This document shows positions 1-6,596 of a stretch of 36,589 nt of DNA, one piece after another (position 1 is the stretch's first letter; each line of letters begins with the position of its first letter). The translations under genes and the position numbers were made by a program. Under the pieces are notes generated by a model. The model ran no database searches, was not told the origin of the DNA, and was given only the letters and a program-made list of their open reading frames with translations. Source of the DNA: Eubacteriales bacterium (GTDB lineage: Bacteria; Bacillota; Clostridia; Oscillospirales; CAG-272); NCBI GenBank assembly GCA_045646755.1, contig JAZRLJ010000012.1, positions 1-36,589 on the forward strand. Direction: 5' to 3'.

Positions 1-375
1 CGTTATTATCGTTGATGGAAAACAATTTTCTTGCTTAAAACCTATAAACTGCCCTGTTTTTAAAATATCGTATATCTCGTCAAAATGAGAGAGCTTGCTT
101 TTTATATAGTTGTATTTCTTTTCATTATGTTTCTTTAGATCAGAGGTAATTAAAAAATTATTCTTAATTAAGTCATACCCAGATTTCCCAAGATGTTTTT
201 TGGAATTATCGAATACATGCTGTAACCCTAAAAGGTGGCATAGGTTCTCTTTATAAAATCTGATAATTACACTATCGTTACATTTTTGCGTTTTATTTTG
301 CAGTTCATATTTAAATGCCTTATTACACAAATTGTTAGTGTAATTTTTAAGCAGGTTTTGAAGATTAACAGTCAT
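1..375 (-). CDS. N-terminal 125 codons of a protein that runs off the left window edge; putative RNase-like (PBECR/barnase-EndoU-type) toxin candidate
   Basis: ATG at 375-373 lies 7 nt after a GAGG SD. The frame is open to position 1 with no stop in the window, so it is absent from the ORF track. Translation: MTVNLQNLLKNYTNNLCNKAFKYELQ...VIIRFYKENLCHLLGLQHVFDNSKKHLGKSGYDLIKNNFL... The F-x-x-E-N-x-x-H-L-x-G-L segment recalls phage PBECR nuclease domains, from memory only. Confidence 0.55.
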   Translation of the reverse strand, partial: MTVNLQNLLKNYTNNLCNKAFKYELQNKTQKCNDSVIIRFYKENLCHLLGLQHVFDNSKKHLGKSGYDLIKNNFLITSDLKKHNEKKYNYIKSKLSHFDEIYDILKTGQFIGFKQENCFPSTIIT

Positions 376-393
376 AACTTTTCCTCGAAATAG

Positions 394-423
394 AAAAAAG
401 CGGATTGCGTCGCCGCAATCCGC
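394..423 (-). terminator. Rho-independent terminator sitting 19 nt upstream of the 375 start codon
   Basis: A perfect 10-bp stem GCGGATTGCG/CGCAATCCGC (400-409/414-423) with a 4-nt loop. On the minus strand it is followed by U6 (plus-strand A-run 394-399). Confidence 0.8.
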
Positions 424-581
424 CTCTTGAATAGCTGTTGGTTTTCACTACCCCAACCGGTCAACTTCGCTGTATGTTTTAATTCCCCAACGAAAGGGAT
501 GGCGCGGCTATTCCTCGCACCAATATTATGACTCGTTCAATAATTATATTATGCAATAATGATCAAACTTCACCATGTTTG
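424..581 (-). ncRNA. Structured non-coding leader or candidate regulatory/antitoxin RNA (unclassified)
   Basis: Lies between a consensus promoter (589-617) and the terminator (394-423) and has no ORF with an SD. A 7-bp closing helix (429-435/507-513) encloses two hairpins. Two imperfect ~24-nt direct repeats sit at 434-458 and 469-492 with a 35-nt period. Confidence 0.45.
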
Positions 582-588
582 TGGTAAT

Positions 589-617
589 ATTATAACACAA
601 AGCATCAGTTTTGTCAA
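589..617 (-). promoter_or_regulatory. Sigma-A type promoter driving the leader RNA and downstream ORF
   Basis: On the minus strand: TTGACA (617-612), a 17-nt spacer ending in TGT, then TATAAT (594-589). Both hexamers are perfect consensus and there is an extended -10 TG. Confidence 0.7.
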
Positions 618-742
618 TATATTATATGCGAAGTTGTTTTAAGTTGTCACATTTATAAAGATTCGTTTATCTTTTCACACAATATTTTTGCCTTATTAAC
701 AATTAACTAAAGTTATGGTAAAAATTTATATAATATTTTGTA

Positions 743-771
743 TTGAAAAAAACATAAATTTATGGTATAAT
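743..771 (+). promoter_or_regulatory. Sigma-A type promoter pointing into the 3' end of the convergent 829-1476 gene (antisense transcript?)
   Basis: TTGAAA (743-748), a 17-nt spacer ending in TGG, then TATAAT (766-771). No SD-preceded plus-strand ORF lies downstream. Confidence 0.5.
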
Positions 772-828
772 ATACCCACATCAGAACAGTTGTTCTTGCG
801 TTTTCTTAAATTGCAAAAATTATGTTCT

Positions 829-1476
829 TTAAACAAGGCTTTGCATATGTGAAAACAGAGTGTCCCGCCAAAAGAAGCCCATACCCGGATTCAAAGCATC
901 GAGAATAAGCGCCGTTATTAGTATCAAAACCGACACTCCAAGCAAAATCGACAACACCATTGCCGTTTTATTCCTTTGTTTTATAATCTGTAAGTAGTCG
1001 CCAAGAAGCTTATCTTTTGCAAGCATTTGTTCTTCCGTGAATTTGACTTGCTGCTTTAAATAGTCTATTTTTTTCTGTTCCGTTTCGTGTACTTCTGCAA
1101 TTTCTGCTTTATGAGTTTGTTTCATTTCTTCTAAGATCTTTTCAACATCAGCAGATTTGTTTGCATTCATAGCACACGGATGCTGTCCCCATGTTCCGTT
1201 AACAAGCACTTTGGTTACAGCTTGCATTGTGGTAACTCGAATATCCTTAACGTTTCCAGACATTATTCGTGCGACAGAAACTTCTGAAACGTCAGCAGCT
1301 TCAGCAATCTCTGAATTTGTTAAGTCTAAATATTCTTTCCTAATATGACACCATTCGCACCAACGTTCTGTGCTCATAGCCAAAAAATTGGGACCGTCAC
1401 AGTTAATTCCTATGTGTTCGCAGCTTATACATATGTTGTACGGCTTTGTGCGAAGCGTTTCCTTTGAAAATGGCAT
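829..1476 (-). CDS. Membrane-anchored, Cys-rich XRE-type HTH regulator
   Basis: 215 aa with a GAGAGG SD. It has an N-terminal Cys/His cluster (CISCEH..C..WCEWCH), an HTH (LTNSEIAEAADVSEVSVARIMSG), a coiled-coil middle and a C-terminal TM helix (AMVLSILLGVSVLILITALILDAL). Confidence 0.8.
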   Translation of the reverse strand: MPFSKETLRTKPYNICISCEHIGINCDGPNFLAMSTERWCEWCHIRKEYLDLTNSEIAEAADVSEVSVARIMSGNVKDIRVTTMQAVTKVLVNGTWGQHPCAMNANKSADVEKILEEMKQTHKAEIAEVHETEQKKIDYLKQQVKFTEEQMLAKDKLLGDYLQIIKQRNKTAMVLSILLGVSVLILITALILDALNPGMGFFWRDTLFSHMQSLV

Positions 1477-1581
1477 ATTTAACCTCTCATTTTTTGTTTC
1501 TATATCATATATGATATTTTTTAAATCTAAAAAGACACCAAAATATCAGATGTGTATATTGCTTTTCTGCATTAAAAATGA

Positions 1582-1607
1582 TAGGCTTGTGTCAGGCGAA
1601 AAGCCTA
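1582..1607 (-). terminator. Hairpin downstream of the cI-like gene (possible bidirectional terminator)
   Basis: Stem TAGGCTT/AAGCCTA (1582-1588/1601-1607). The minus strand continues into a T-rich run (TCATTTTTAAT) and the plus strand into CCTTTTC. Confidence 0.4.
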
Positions 1608-1730
1608 CCTTTTCAAGGTGTAGGGGTTGTCGGTTGGCGCTGAAACCCCTGCGCCTTATCTATATAATTATTTTGAAAATTATTTTGTTCAATATACTTC
1701 ACCCTACCGGATGAAAAGGAGAAAAATTAC

Positions 1731-1871
1731 GTGAACGCTAAAGAAGAATTAATCAACCTCGTTAAAGATCTCACTCCTGAACAGGAAGACAAAATCATTT
1801 GTCGGATTCAAGAATTGACTTCATTACTCGAAGAATCATCTCAGCCTTGTCGTCCGGAACAGACATAACAA
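1731..1871 (+). CDS. Possible 46-aa ORF that overlaps the 3' end of the cI-like gene convergently
   Basis: GTG start 9 nt after a strong AAAGGAG SD. Translation: VNAKEELINLVKDLTPEQEDKIICRIQELTSLLEESSQPCRPEQT. It overlaps 1795-1871 antisense to the repressor gene and could be a shadow ORF. Confidence 0.3.
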
Positions 1872-2130
1872 AATCCATAATGACCTTTTGCTTTTCGGAA
1901 AGTCCATCGTATTCGGTGGGCTTTTCTTTTTTGTCTGTTTTATCGGTTAAATAATCAACTGACGTATCAAGAATGTTAGCTATTTGAATAAGTCTGTCGG
2001 AGGGGATAGAAATATTTTGTCTTTTGCAATCCTTAATATAATTTCGGGACATTCCAATTTTTGTACTTATATAAGATTGTGAAAGTCCTTTTTCTTTTGA
2101 TAAATCCCCAAGTTTATTGTAATTAACCAA
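1795..2130 (-). CDS. XRE/cI-like phage repressor
   Basis: 111 aa with a TTG start 9 nt after AAGGAG. The N-terminal HTH is LSQSYISTKIGMSRNYIKDCKRQ. It is divergent from the early operon, with the paired operators in between. Confidence 0.85.
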   Translation of the reverse strand: MVNYNKLGDLSKEKGLSQSYISTKIGMSRNYIKDCKRQNISIPSDRLIQIANILDTSVDYLTDKTDKKEKPTEYDGLSEKQKVIMDFVMSVPDDKAEMILRVMKSILESDK

Positions 2131-2164
2131 AACCTAAGTCTCCTTTTTGTGCAAATGGCAGAAT

Positions 2165-2211
2165 TCACTCAAAATGGGTGAAAATATCTTGACATCACCC
2201 AAAATGAGTGA
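2165..2211. promoter_or_regulatory. Two 17-bp pseudo-palindromic operators of the lysis/lysogeny switch
   Basis: TCACTCAAAATGGGTGA (2165-2181) and TCACCCAAAATGAGTGA (2195-2211). The shared pattern is TCACyCAAAATGrGTGA. The second operator fills the spacer of the rightward promoter. Confidence 0.7.
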
Positions 2212-2217
2212 TAAAAT
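2189..2217 (+). promoter_or_regulatory. Early rightward (lytic) promoter
   Basis: TTGACA (2189-2194), a 17-nt spacer that equals operator 2, then TAAAAT (2212-2217). Confidence 0.7.
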
Positions 2218-2379
2218 AAACACAGACAAGAGGAAACGAGTTCCCCTTTAAAAAACAATATGGAAAATAATAGTTTAGTTTATAACAGTTTGCATCAGTT
2301 ATCACTACTTATTATATCCGTTGTTTTTTAATTTGTCAACAAAAAATAGGAAAAAACAAGAAAAACGGAGGAAAAACGA

Positions 2380-2682
2380 ATGCGAATTCAAGCAAATGAT
2401 TCAGCACAGGAGCTGAAAAATCAGATCGAGACGATTAAAAATCTGCTCGAAAAAGGACAAGTGGCGCTTTACGAGGCAAAGCAGATGTTGTCCAATCTTA
2501 ATAATATGGAAGAAAAGGACAAGCTCTACACCGTGCAAGAGGCAAGTGAGGTGCTCGGCATCACACAGGGTACGCTATGGAGATGGATACGAACAGGCAA
2601 AATCAACGCCGTTCAGGTGGGTACAAGAGCTTACCGAATACGAAACAGCGAAATAAAGGCTTTTATTGCTAAATGTGAGTGA
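2380..2682 (+). CDS. Excisionase-family/MerR-like HTH DNA-binding protein; first early gene
   Basis: 100 aa with a GGAGG SD. The C-terminal YTVQEASEVLGITQGTLWRWIRTGKINAVQVG..YRI matches the excisionase-type HTH signature. The N-terminus is coiled-coil. Confidence 0.75.
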   Translation: MRIQANDSAQELKNQIETIKNLLEKGQVALYEAKQMLSNLNNMEEKDKLYTVQEASEVLGITQGTLWRWIRTGKINAVQVGTRAYRIRNSEIKAFIAKCE

Positions 2683-2690
2683 GGTTTATT

Positions 2691-2987
2691 ATGAAGCTTA
2701 ATAAGTTAGGATTATACAGACCTTTTTGGTTTGGCTTATTACTCGGTATGTCGATAATGCTTGTTCCTATAGTATTTGCCTACGCAGATACAGTCCGAGG
2801 ATATAACGCATTAGGTGGAGAGGTTTTTATAATAGCTCTTCCGCTGTCAGTCATTGCGTGGAGAGCGTGGAGTGTAGACCAACTGAAAAAGTTGAGAAAA
2901 TACCGTGCGCAAGAGTTGCAGAAAGCAAAGATTTACGTTGCGAAGAAGATAGCACAGATGAACGGGAATATACCGAATCAGAAATAG
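2691..2987 (+). CDS. Small membrane protein with 2 TM helices
   Basis: I prefer ATG 2691, 6 nt after GAGG, over the track's GTG 2679. TM segments are FWFGLLLGMSIMLVPIVFAY and VFIIALPLSVIAW. Its 3' part overlaps the next ORF by 130 nt in another frame. Confidence 0.7.
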   Translation: MKLNKLGLYRPFWFGLLLGMSIMLVPIVFAYADTVRGYNALGGEVFIIALPLSVIAWRAWSVDQLKKLRKYRAQELQKAKIYVAKKIAQMNGNIPNQK

Positions 2988-3346
2988 AAGCACTTGCTAT
3001 TGTGATATATCAAGAGGCAGGCGGTGACGCTTGTTGTGATGATTGCCGAATGAGAGTAGCTGACGTTGTTCTGAATCGAGTTGAGGATGAACGCTTTCCC
3101 GACACCATAGAAGAAGTGCTTACCGCTCCAAAGCAGTACGGCAGATTATACCACACAGGGCTTAAGTGGGCGGAACGCTCAAAATTGACCGAGGAAGCCG
3201 AAGCAGTAGCAAGAGCATATGAGACGGCAGAGGCGGTATTAAGCGGCTCACACAGCGAATTATACGGCGAGGAGTACATATGGCAAGCGGAATTTAAGCA
3301 AGGCACGGATATAGTTGAGTGCTGCGGAATTTATTTCGGGAGGTAG
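2858..3346 (+). CDS. SleB-like cell-wall hydrolase domain protein (Hydrolase_2 type); start uncertain
   Basis: EIEALAIVIYQEAGGD...RVADVVLNRVEDERFPDTIEEVLTAPKQYG is the SleB/CwlJ-type motif set. No start codon lies downstream of the 130-nt overlap with 2691-2987, so a fusion by frameshift is possible. Confidence 0.7.
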   Translation: MESVECRPTEKVEKIPCARVAESKDLRCEEDSTDEREYTESEIEALAIVIYQEAGGDACCDDCRMRVADVVLNRVEDERFPDTIEEVLTAPKQYGRLYHTGLKWAERSKLTEEAEAVARAYETAEAVLSGSHSELYGEEYIWQAEFKQGTDIVECCGIYFGR

Positions 3347-3348
3347 AT

Positions 3349-3519
3349 ATGAAACTATCTGAGGACGTTTTTGAATTACAAAAGCAGATAATCGATTTAA
3401 AGCAGACTATTCTTGAACAGGAATTAGAAATAATACGGCTTCGTGCAGACAAGCGCAGACTGCTCAATTTGTTTCTCGATTCGGAAAAGAGGTGGCACAA
3501 AAATGTGGATATGCCTTGA
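3349..3519 (+). CDS. Small coiled-coil protein, function unknown
   Basis: I prefer ATG 3349, 6 nt after GGGAGG, over the track start 3319. Translation begins MKLSEDVFELQKQIIDLKQTILEQELEIIRLR... Confidence 0.65.
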   Translation: MKLSEDVFELQKQIIDLKQTILEQELEIIRLRADKRRLLNLFLDSEKRWHKNVDMP

Positions 3520-3763
3520 ATGCGGTGAGCGTCTTGATGAGCTTGGTTCGTGCCCTTCTTGCAAGTCTGAAAACGTGGATTTTACGGCAAGATGCAAAGA
3601 GTGCGGAGGCATAGGCGGTCTTGAACAGATATCAAGGTACGGTCTGTGTGCAGACTGCGAGATCGAGACAGAACGTGAATTTAAATTAATGCTTGGCAAA
3701 TTCAGTCGAGCGCAATTAGAACTGTTGTCTGAACAATACGATGGCAGATTTTTATATGAATAA
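3503..3763 (+). CDS. Zinc-ribbon protein, function unknown
   Basis: ATG 3503 follows an AGAGGTGG SD. The protein carries three CxxC pairs (CLECG, CPSC, CKECG, CADC). Confidence 0.65.
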   Translation: MWICLECGERLDELGSCPSCKSENVDFTARCKECGGIGGLEQISRYGLCADCEIETEREFKLMLGKFSRAQLELLSEQYDGRFLYE

Positions 3764-3778
3764 AAGGAGGAAAAAACT

Positions 3779-4357
3779 ATGGCAACATTAAGCACAGGAG
3801 ACAACTTGAAAAGACTTACAGGGGACGAAAGACTCGGTCAGAATCGAGAGTCTGAATATCTCGGAGCGGAGGACATCGACCCCGGTACAGAACCGATACT
3901 CACGATTGAGGGTATATGGAACGGATTGGTAACGCTTCAGAGAGGCAAGGAAAACAAGGACGTTATGACCTTTGTCGAGAAGAGCACCAACGGCATACAT
4001 AACGTAAGACCGCTTATAATCAACGCTACGAACAGAAAAACGCTTAAGAAGATATACGGAAGCGTAACTGCAACGGCGCTTGCAGGCAAAAAAATTCAGC
4101 TCTATATCGACCCAAAAGTAAGAGATCCGCAGGACGGAAGCATGAGAGACGGAATACGAATCAGACCGTTTGCTCCAAAGGTAACGAAAAAGGCTATTAT
4201 TTGTGAGATGTGCAATAAGGCTGTAACGCCTGCATCGAATATGACTGCCGAACAGGTCGCAGAGTACACTAAAGGCAGATTCGGTAAGACGTTATGTGCG
4301 GAATGTGCGACAAAGATAGTTGAAAAGGAGCAGGCAGAAAAATCGGAGGAGAATTAA
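3779..4357 (+). CDS. Phage early protein with a C-terminal zinc ribbon, function unknown
   Basis: 192 aa with a strong AAAGGAGG SD. The C-terminus has CEMCNK...CAECATK. It sits upstream of the nuclease/SSB genes. Confidence 0.8.
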   Translation: MATLSTGDNLKRLTGDERLGQNRESEYLGAEDIDPGTEPILTIEGIWNGLVTLQRGKENKDVMTFVEKSTNGIHNVRPLIINATNRKTLKKIYGSVTATALAGKKIQLYIDPKVRDPQDGSMRDGIRIRPFAPKVTKKAIICEMCNKAVTPASNMTAEQVAEYTKGRFGKTLCAECATKIVEKEQAEKSEEN

Positions 4358-4653
4358 TGCCTAAAGAATTGACCGAAGAACAGAAAGAAAAAAGACGGCA
4401 ATACAATCGGCAATATTATAAAGCTCACAGAGACGTTCTCAACATTCACCATTCAGAGTGGCAAAAGAACAATAAAGACAAGATGAAAAAATTAAGAGAA
4501 TCCTATAGAGCACGACCTGAATTGGCTCAAAAGATGCGTGACTACCAAAAAGAGTATCGGGAGAGCAAACACGGCAAGATGCTCAAGAAACAATGGATCC
4601 TCAAAAAAACAATAGAACAAGTAAGGGGTGAGATTGACGAAGCTAACAAGTAA
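4357..4653 (+). CDS. Highly basic Lys/Arg/Tyr-rich protein, function unknown
   Basis: 98 aa. Its start overlaps the upstream stop as TAATG, and a GGAGGAG SD precedes it. Confidence 0.7.
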   Translation: MPKELTEEQKEKRRQYNRQYYKAHRDVLNIHHSEWQKNNKDKMKKLRESYRARPELAQKMRDYQKEYRESKHGKMLKKQWILKKTIEQVRGEIDEANK

Positions 4654-5407
4654 AAACTATTATTCAAAAGAAGCAAACAAGGCTTATTGGTCTGCATCGT
4701 TCGTCAAAGCAATGTATGATTGCCCTGCAAGAGCTTTAGCAGAGCTTGAGGGAGAATATCTTCAGGAAGATAAAACAGCATTGCTCGTAGGCAGTTACGT
4801 TGATTCCTACTTTGAAGGTGAAAAAGCATTTAATCAGTTTATGGCAGAAAATCCCGTTATCTTCAATTCGAGAACAGGAGAGCTTAAAGCAGAGTTTCGC
4901 AAGGCTGATGAAATGTGCGCTCGTGCTGAAGGTGACGCTGTATTTATGTCATATCTAACCGGGCAAAAGCAAAAGATATTCACCGGAACGATAGACGGTA
5001 TCCCGTTCAAGTGTAAAATGGACTTCTACAAAGAAGGCGAAAGGATAGTTGACCTTAAGACAGTCAGAAATTTTGAGCCTCAGTACCGAAAGGGCGAGGG
5101 GCTGCTATCATTTGCTGAATATTGGAGATATCCGCTGCAGATGGCTATTTATCAGCACTTGGAAGGTCATAAGCTGCCTTGCTACCTTGCTTGTATCTCA
5201 AAAGAAACACCGTGCGATATAGACGTGATCGAGATACCTCAAGAGCTTATGGATGCTGAACTTAAAGCACTTCGGTCAAAACTGCCCTACTTTGACGCAA
5301 TGAGACAAGGCATAATCGAGCCTGAGAGATGCGGTCATTGTGCATACTGCAGGCAGACGAAAAAGGTTGAAATGCCGAGCAGTTTATACGATTATCAAGA
5401 ATTTTAA
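4628..5407 (+). CDS. PD-(D/E)XK superfamily nuclease (RecE/Cas4-like phage exonuclease)
   Basis: The motif KMDFYKEGERIVDLKTV fits D...(D/E)xK. A C-terminal Cys cluster (CGHCAYC) is present. The start could be GTG 4628 or in-frame TTG 4634. Confidence 0.7.
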   Translation: MRLTKLTSKNYYSKEANKAYWSASFVKAMYDCPARALAELEGEYLQEDKTALLVGSYVDSYFEGEKAFNQFMAENPVIFNSRTGELKAEFRKADEMCARAEGDAVFMSYLTGQKQKIFTGTIDGIPFKCKMDFYKEGERIVDLKTVRNFEPQYRKGEGLLSFAEYWRYPLQMAIYQHLEGHKLPCYLACISKETPCDIDVIEIPQELMDAELKALRSKLPYFDAMRQGIIEPERCGHCAYCRQTKKVEMPSSLYDYQEF

Positions 5408-5428
5408 GAAAAAAGGAGAGCAAAAAAA

Positions 5429-5563
5429 ATGGAATATTGCATTTGTCCAAAATACATTGATGAAAACAATGCAGAACGAGAGAACGGAAGTGCTACAAAC
5501 GTGACGCTTTCCCTCCCGACGAAAAATCAATTTATTCAAGATATGAGGATTCTAAACAAATGA
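5429..5563 (+). CDS. 44-aa hypothetical protein
   Basis: ATG lies 8 nt after AAAGGAGAG. Translation: MEYCICPKYIDENNAERENGSATNVTLSLPTKNQFIQDMRILNK. Below the ORF-track size cut-off. Confidence 0.5.
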   Translation: MEYCICPKYIDENNAERENGSATNVTLSLPTKNQFIQDMRILNK

Positions 5564-5730
5564 GAATAGGAATAGAAACCTATCACATTTTGGGTTATGT
5601 TTCTACAGTAACAGGACTTACTATGAAGTCAGTTTTAGATACGTTCGTTGACTTCGCTATGTCTCATCTTGAATTGGTGGATAAGCCTATATATACAAGT
5701 TTTATAAGGAGTTTTAAAGAAGATGAATAA
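5560..5730 (+). CDS. 56-aa hypothetical protein
   Basis: An ATGA overlap links it to the upstream stop, and it ends overlapping the ssb start. Translation begins MRIGIETYHILGYVSTVTGLTMKSVLDTFVDFAMSHLELVDK... Confidence 0.45.
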   Translation: MRIGIETYHILGYVSTVTGLTMKSVLDTFVDFAMSHLELVDKPIYTSFIRSFKEDE

Positions 5731-6118
5731 AATAATTTTAGCAGGAAGAATCACAAGAGACATTGAACTCAAGGTATGCGGTAGCGGAACAGAGGTAGCA
5801 AATCTTTCTGTAGCCGTAGACCGCAGAGCAAAAAAAGGTGAGGAGAAAAAGACCGATTTTATCGAGTGCACCGTGTGGGGAAAAACGGCAGCCTTTGTCG
5901 CTCAGTATTTTCATAAAGGAGACGGTATAGTTCTTTCGGGTAGACTTGAAAGCAACAAGTGGACGGATAACGAAGGAAATAATCGCACTTCTTGGGGAGT
6001 AACTGTAGAGGACGTTGAATTTCCGATGGGTAAATCGAGCGGTAATCCCGGTGCAACATCTGATACGACAACACCTGAATTTGAAACTGTATCAGACGGA
6101 GATGATCTCCCTTTCTAA
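5723..6118 (+). CDS. ssb: Single-stranded DNA-binding protein
   Basis: MNKIILAGRITRDIELK... is the OB-fold SSB signature. A Gly/Ser-rich linker leads to an acidic tail ending in DGDDLPF. Confidence 0.92.
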   Translation: MNKIILAGRITRDIELKVCGSGTEVANLSVAVDRRAKKGEEKKTDFIECTVWGKTAAFVAQYFHKGDGIVLSGRLESNKWTDNEGNNRTSWGVTVEDVEFPMGKSSGNPGATSDTTTPEFETVSDGDDLPF

Positions 6119-6125
6119 ATAAGGA

Positions 6126-6596
6126 GTGATACATATTACTATACAGATTGATAGCCGTGAAAAAGCTAAAGCAATACAAAAGATTTTATTCCAATTCGAG
6201 AAAAGTGGGATAACTTATTTCACGAGTAAGTTGCCCGTAGGTGATTATATTTCCCTTGACAACGCAAGACTTGCGGTCGATAGAAAACAGAATCTGTCAG
6301 AGCTATGCACAAACGTTTGCCAACAGCATAAGCGTTTCAAGGCAGAGCTTGAAAGAGCAAATCAGCTCGGCATAAAGCTTGTGATCCTATGCGAACACGG
6401 AAGGAACGTAAAGCGCCTTGAAGACGTGCTCGAATGGGAAAATCCGAGGCTGAAAATATCGCCTCTTGCCGTCAGCGGAGAAAGGCTTTACAAGATACTC
6501 TCTGCTATGTCGGCAAAGTATAATGTTGATTTCCAATTTTGCACAAAAGCAGAAACCGGGAAACGAATCATCAACATTTTAAATGAAGGTGCTTAA
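6126..6596 (+). CDS. ERCC4/XPF-Mus81-like nuclease domain protein (putative junction resolvase)
   Basis: VGDYISL...AVDRKQNLSELC resembles the GDx(n)ERKxxxD(L) motif. The track's GTG start overlaps the AAGGAG SD, so the true start is probably a few codons downstream. Confidence 0.55.
   Translation: MIHITIQIDSREKAKAIQKILFQFEKSGITYFTSKLPVGDYISLDNARLAVDRKQNLSELCTNVCQQHKRFKAELERANQLGIKLVILCEHGRNVKRLEDVLEWENPRLKISPLAVSGERLYKILSAMSAKYNVDFQFCTKAETGKRIINILNEGA

Noticed and set aside
424-581. Assignment of the leader RNA to a known riboswitch class (purine, THF, ZTP, fluoride, yybP-ykoY, glutamine, ykkC and others).
   Set aside because: The conserved core sequences I can recall for these classes are not present. 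There is only a vague GGGGUAGUG resemblance to yybP. It cannot be classified without a covariance-model search.
1157-1714. Plus-strand ORFs 1157-1348 and 1370-1714.
   Set aside because: The first is antisense to the HTH-TM gene. The second spans that gene's 5' end, the intergenic hairpins and AT-rich DNA. Neither has an SD, and both have hydrophobic junk-like compositions.
2260-2331. 23-codon upstream ORF (MENNSLVYNSLHQLSLLIISVVF) in the long 5' UTR of the early operon, and a 29-codon ORF starting at 822.
   Set aside because: Neither has a Shine-Dalgarno sequence and they are short enough to occur by chance.
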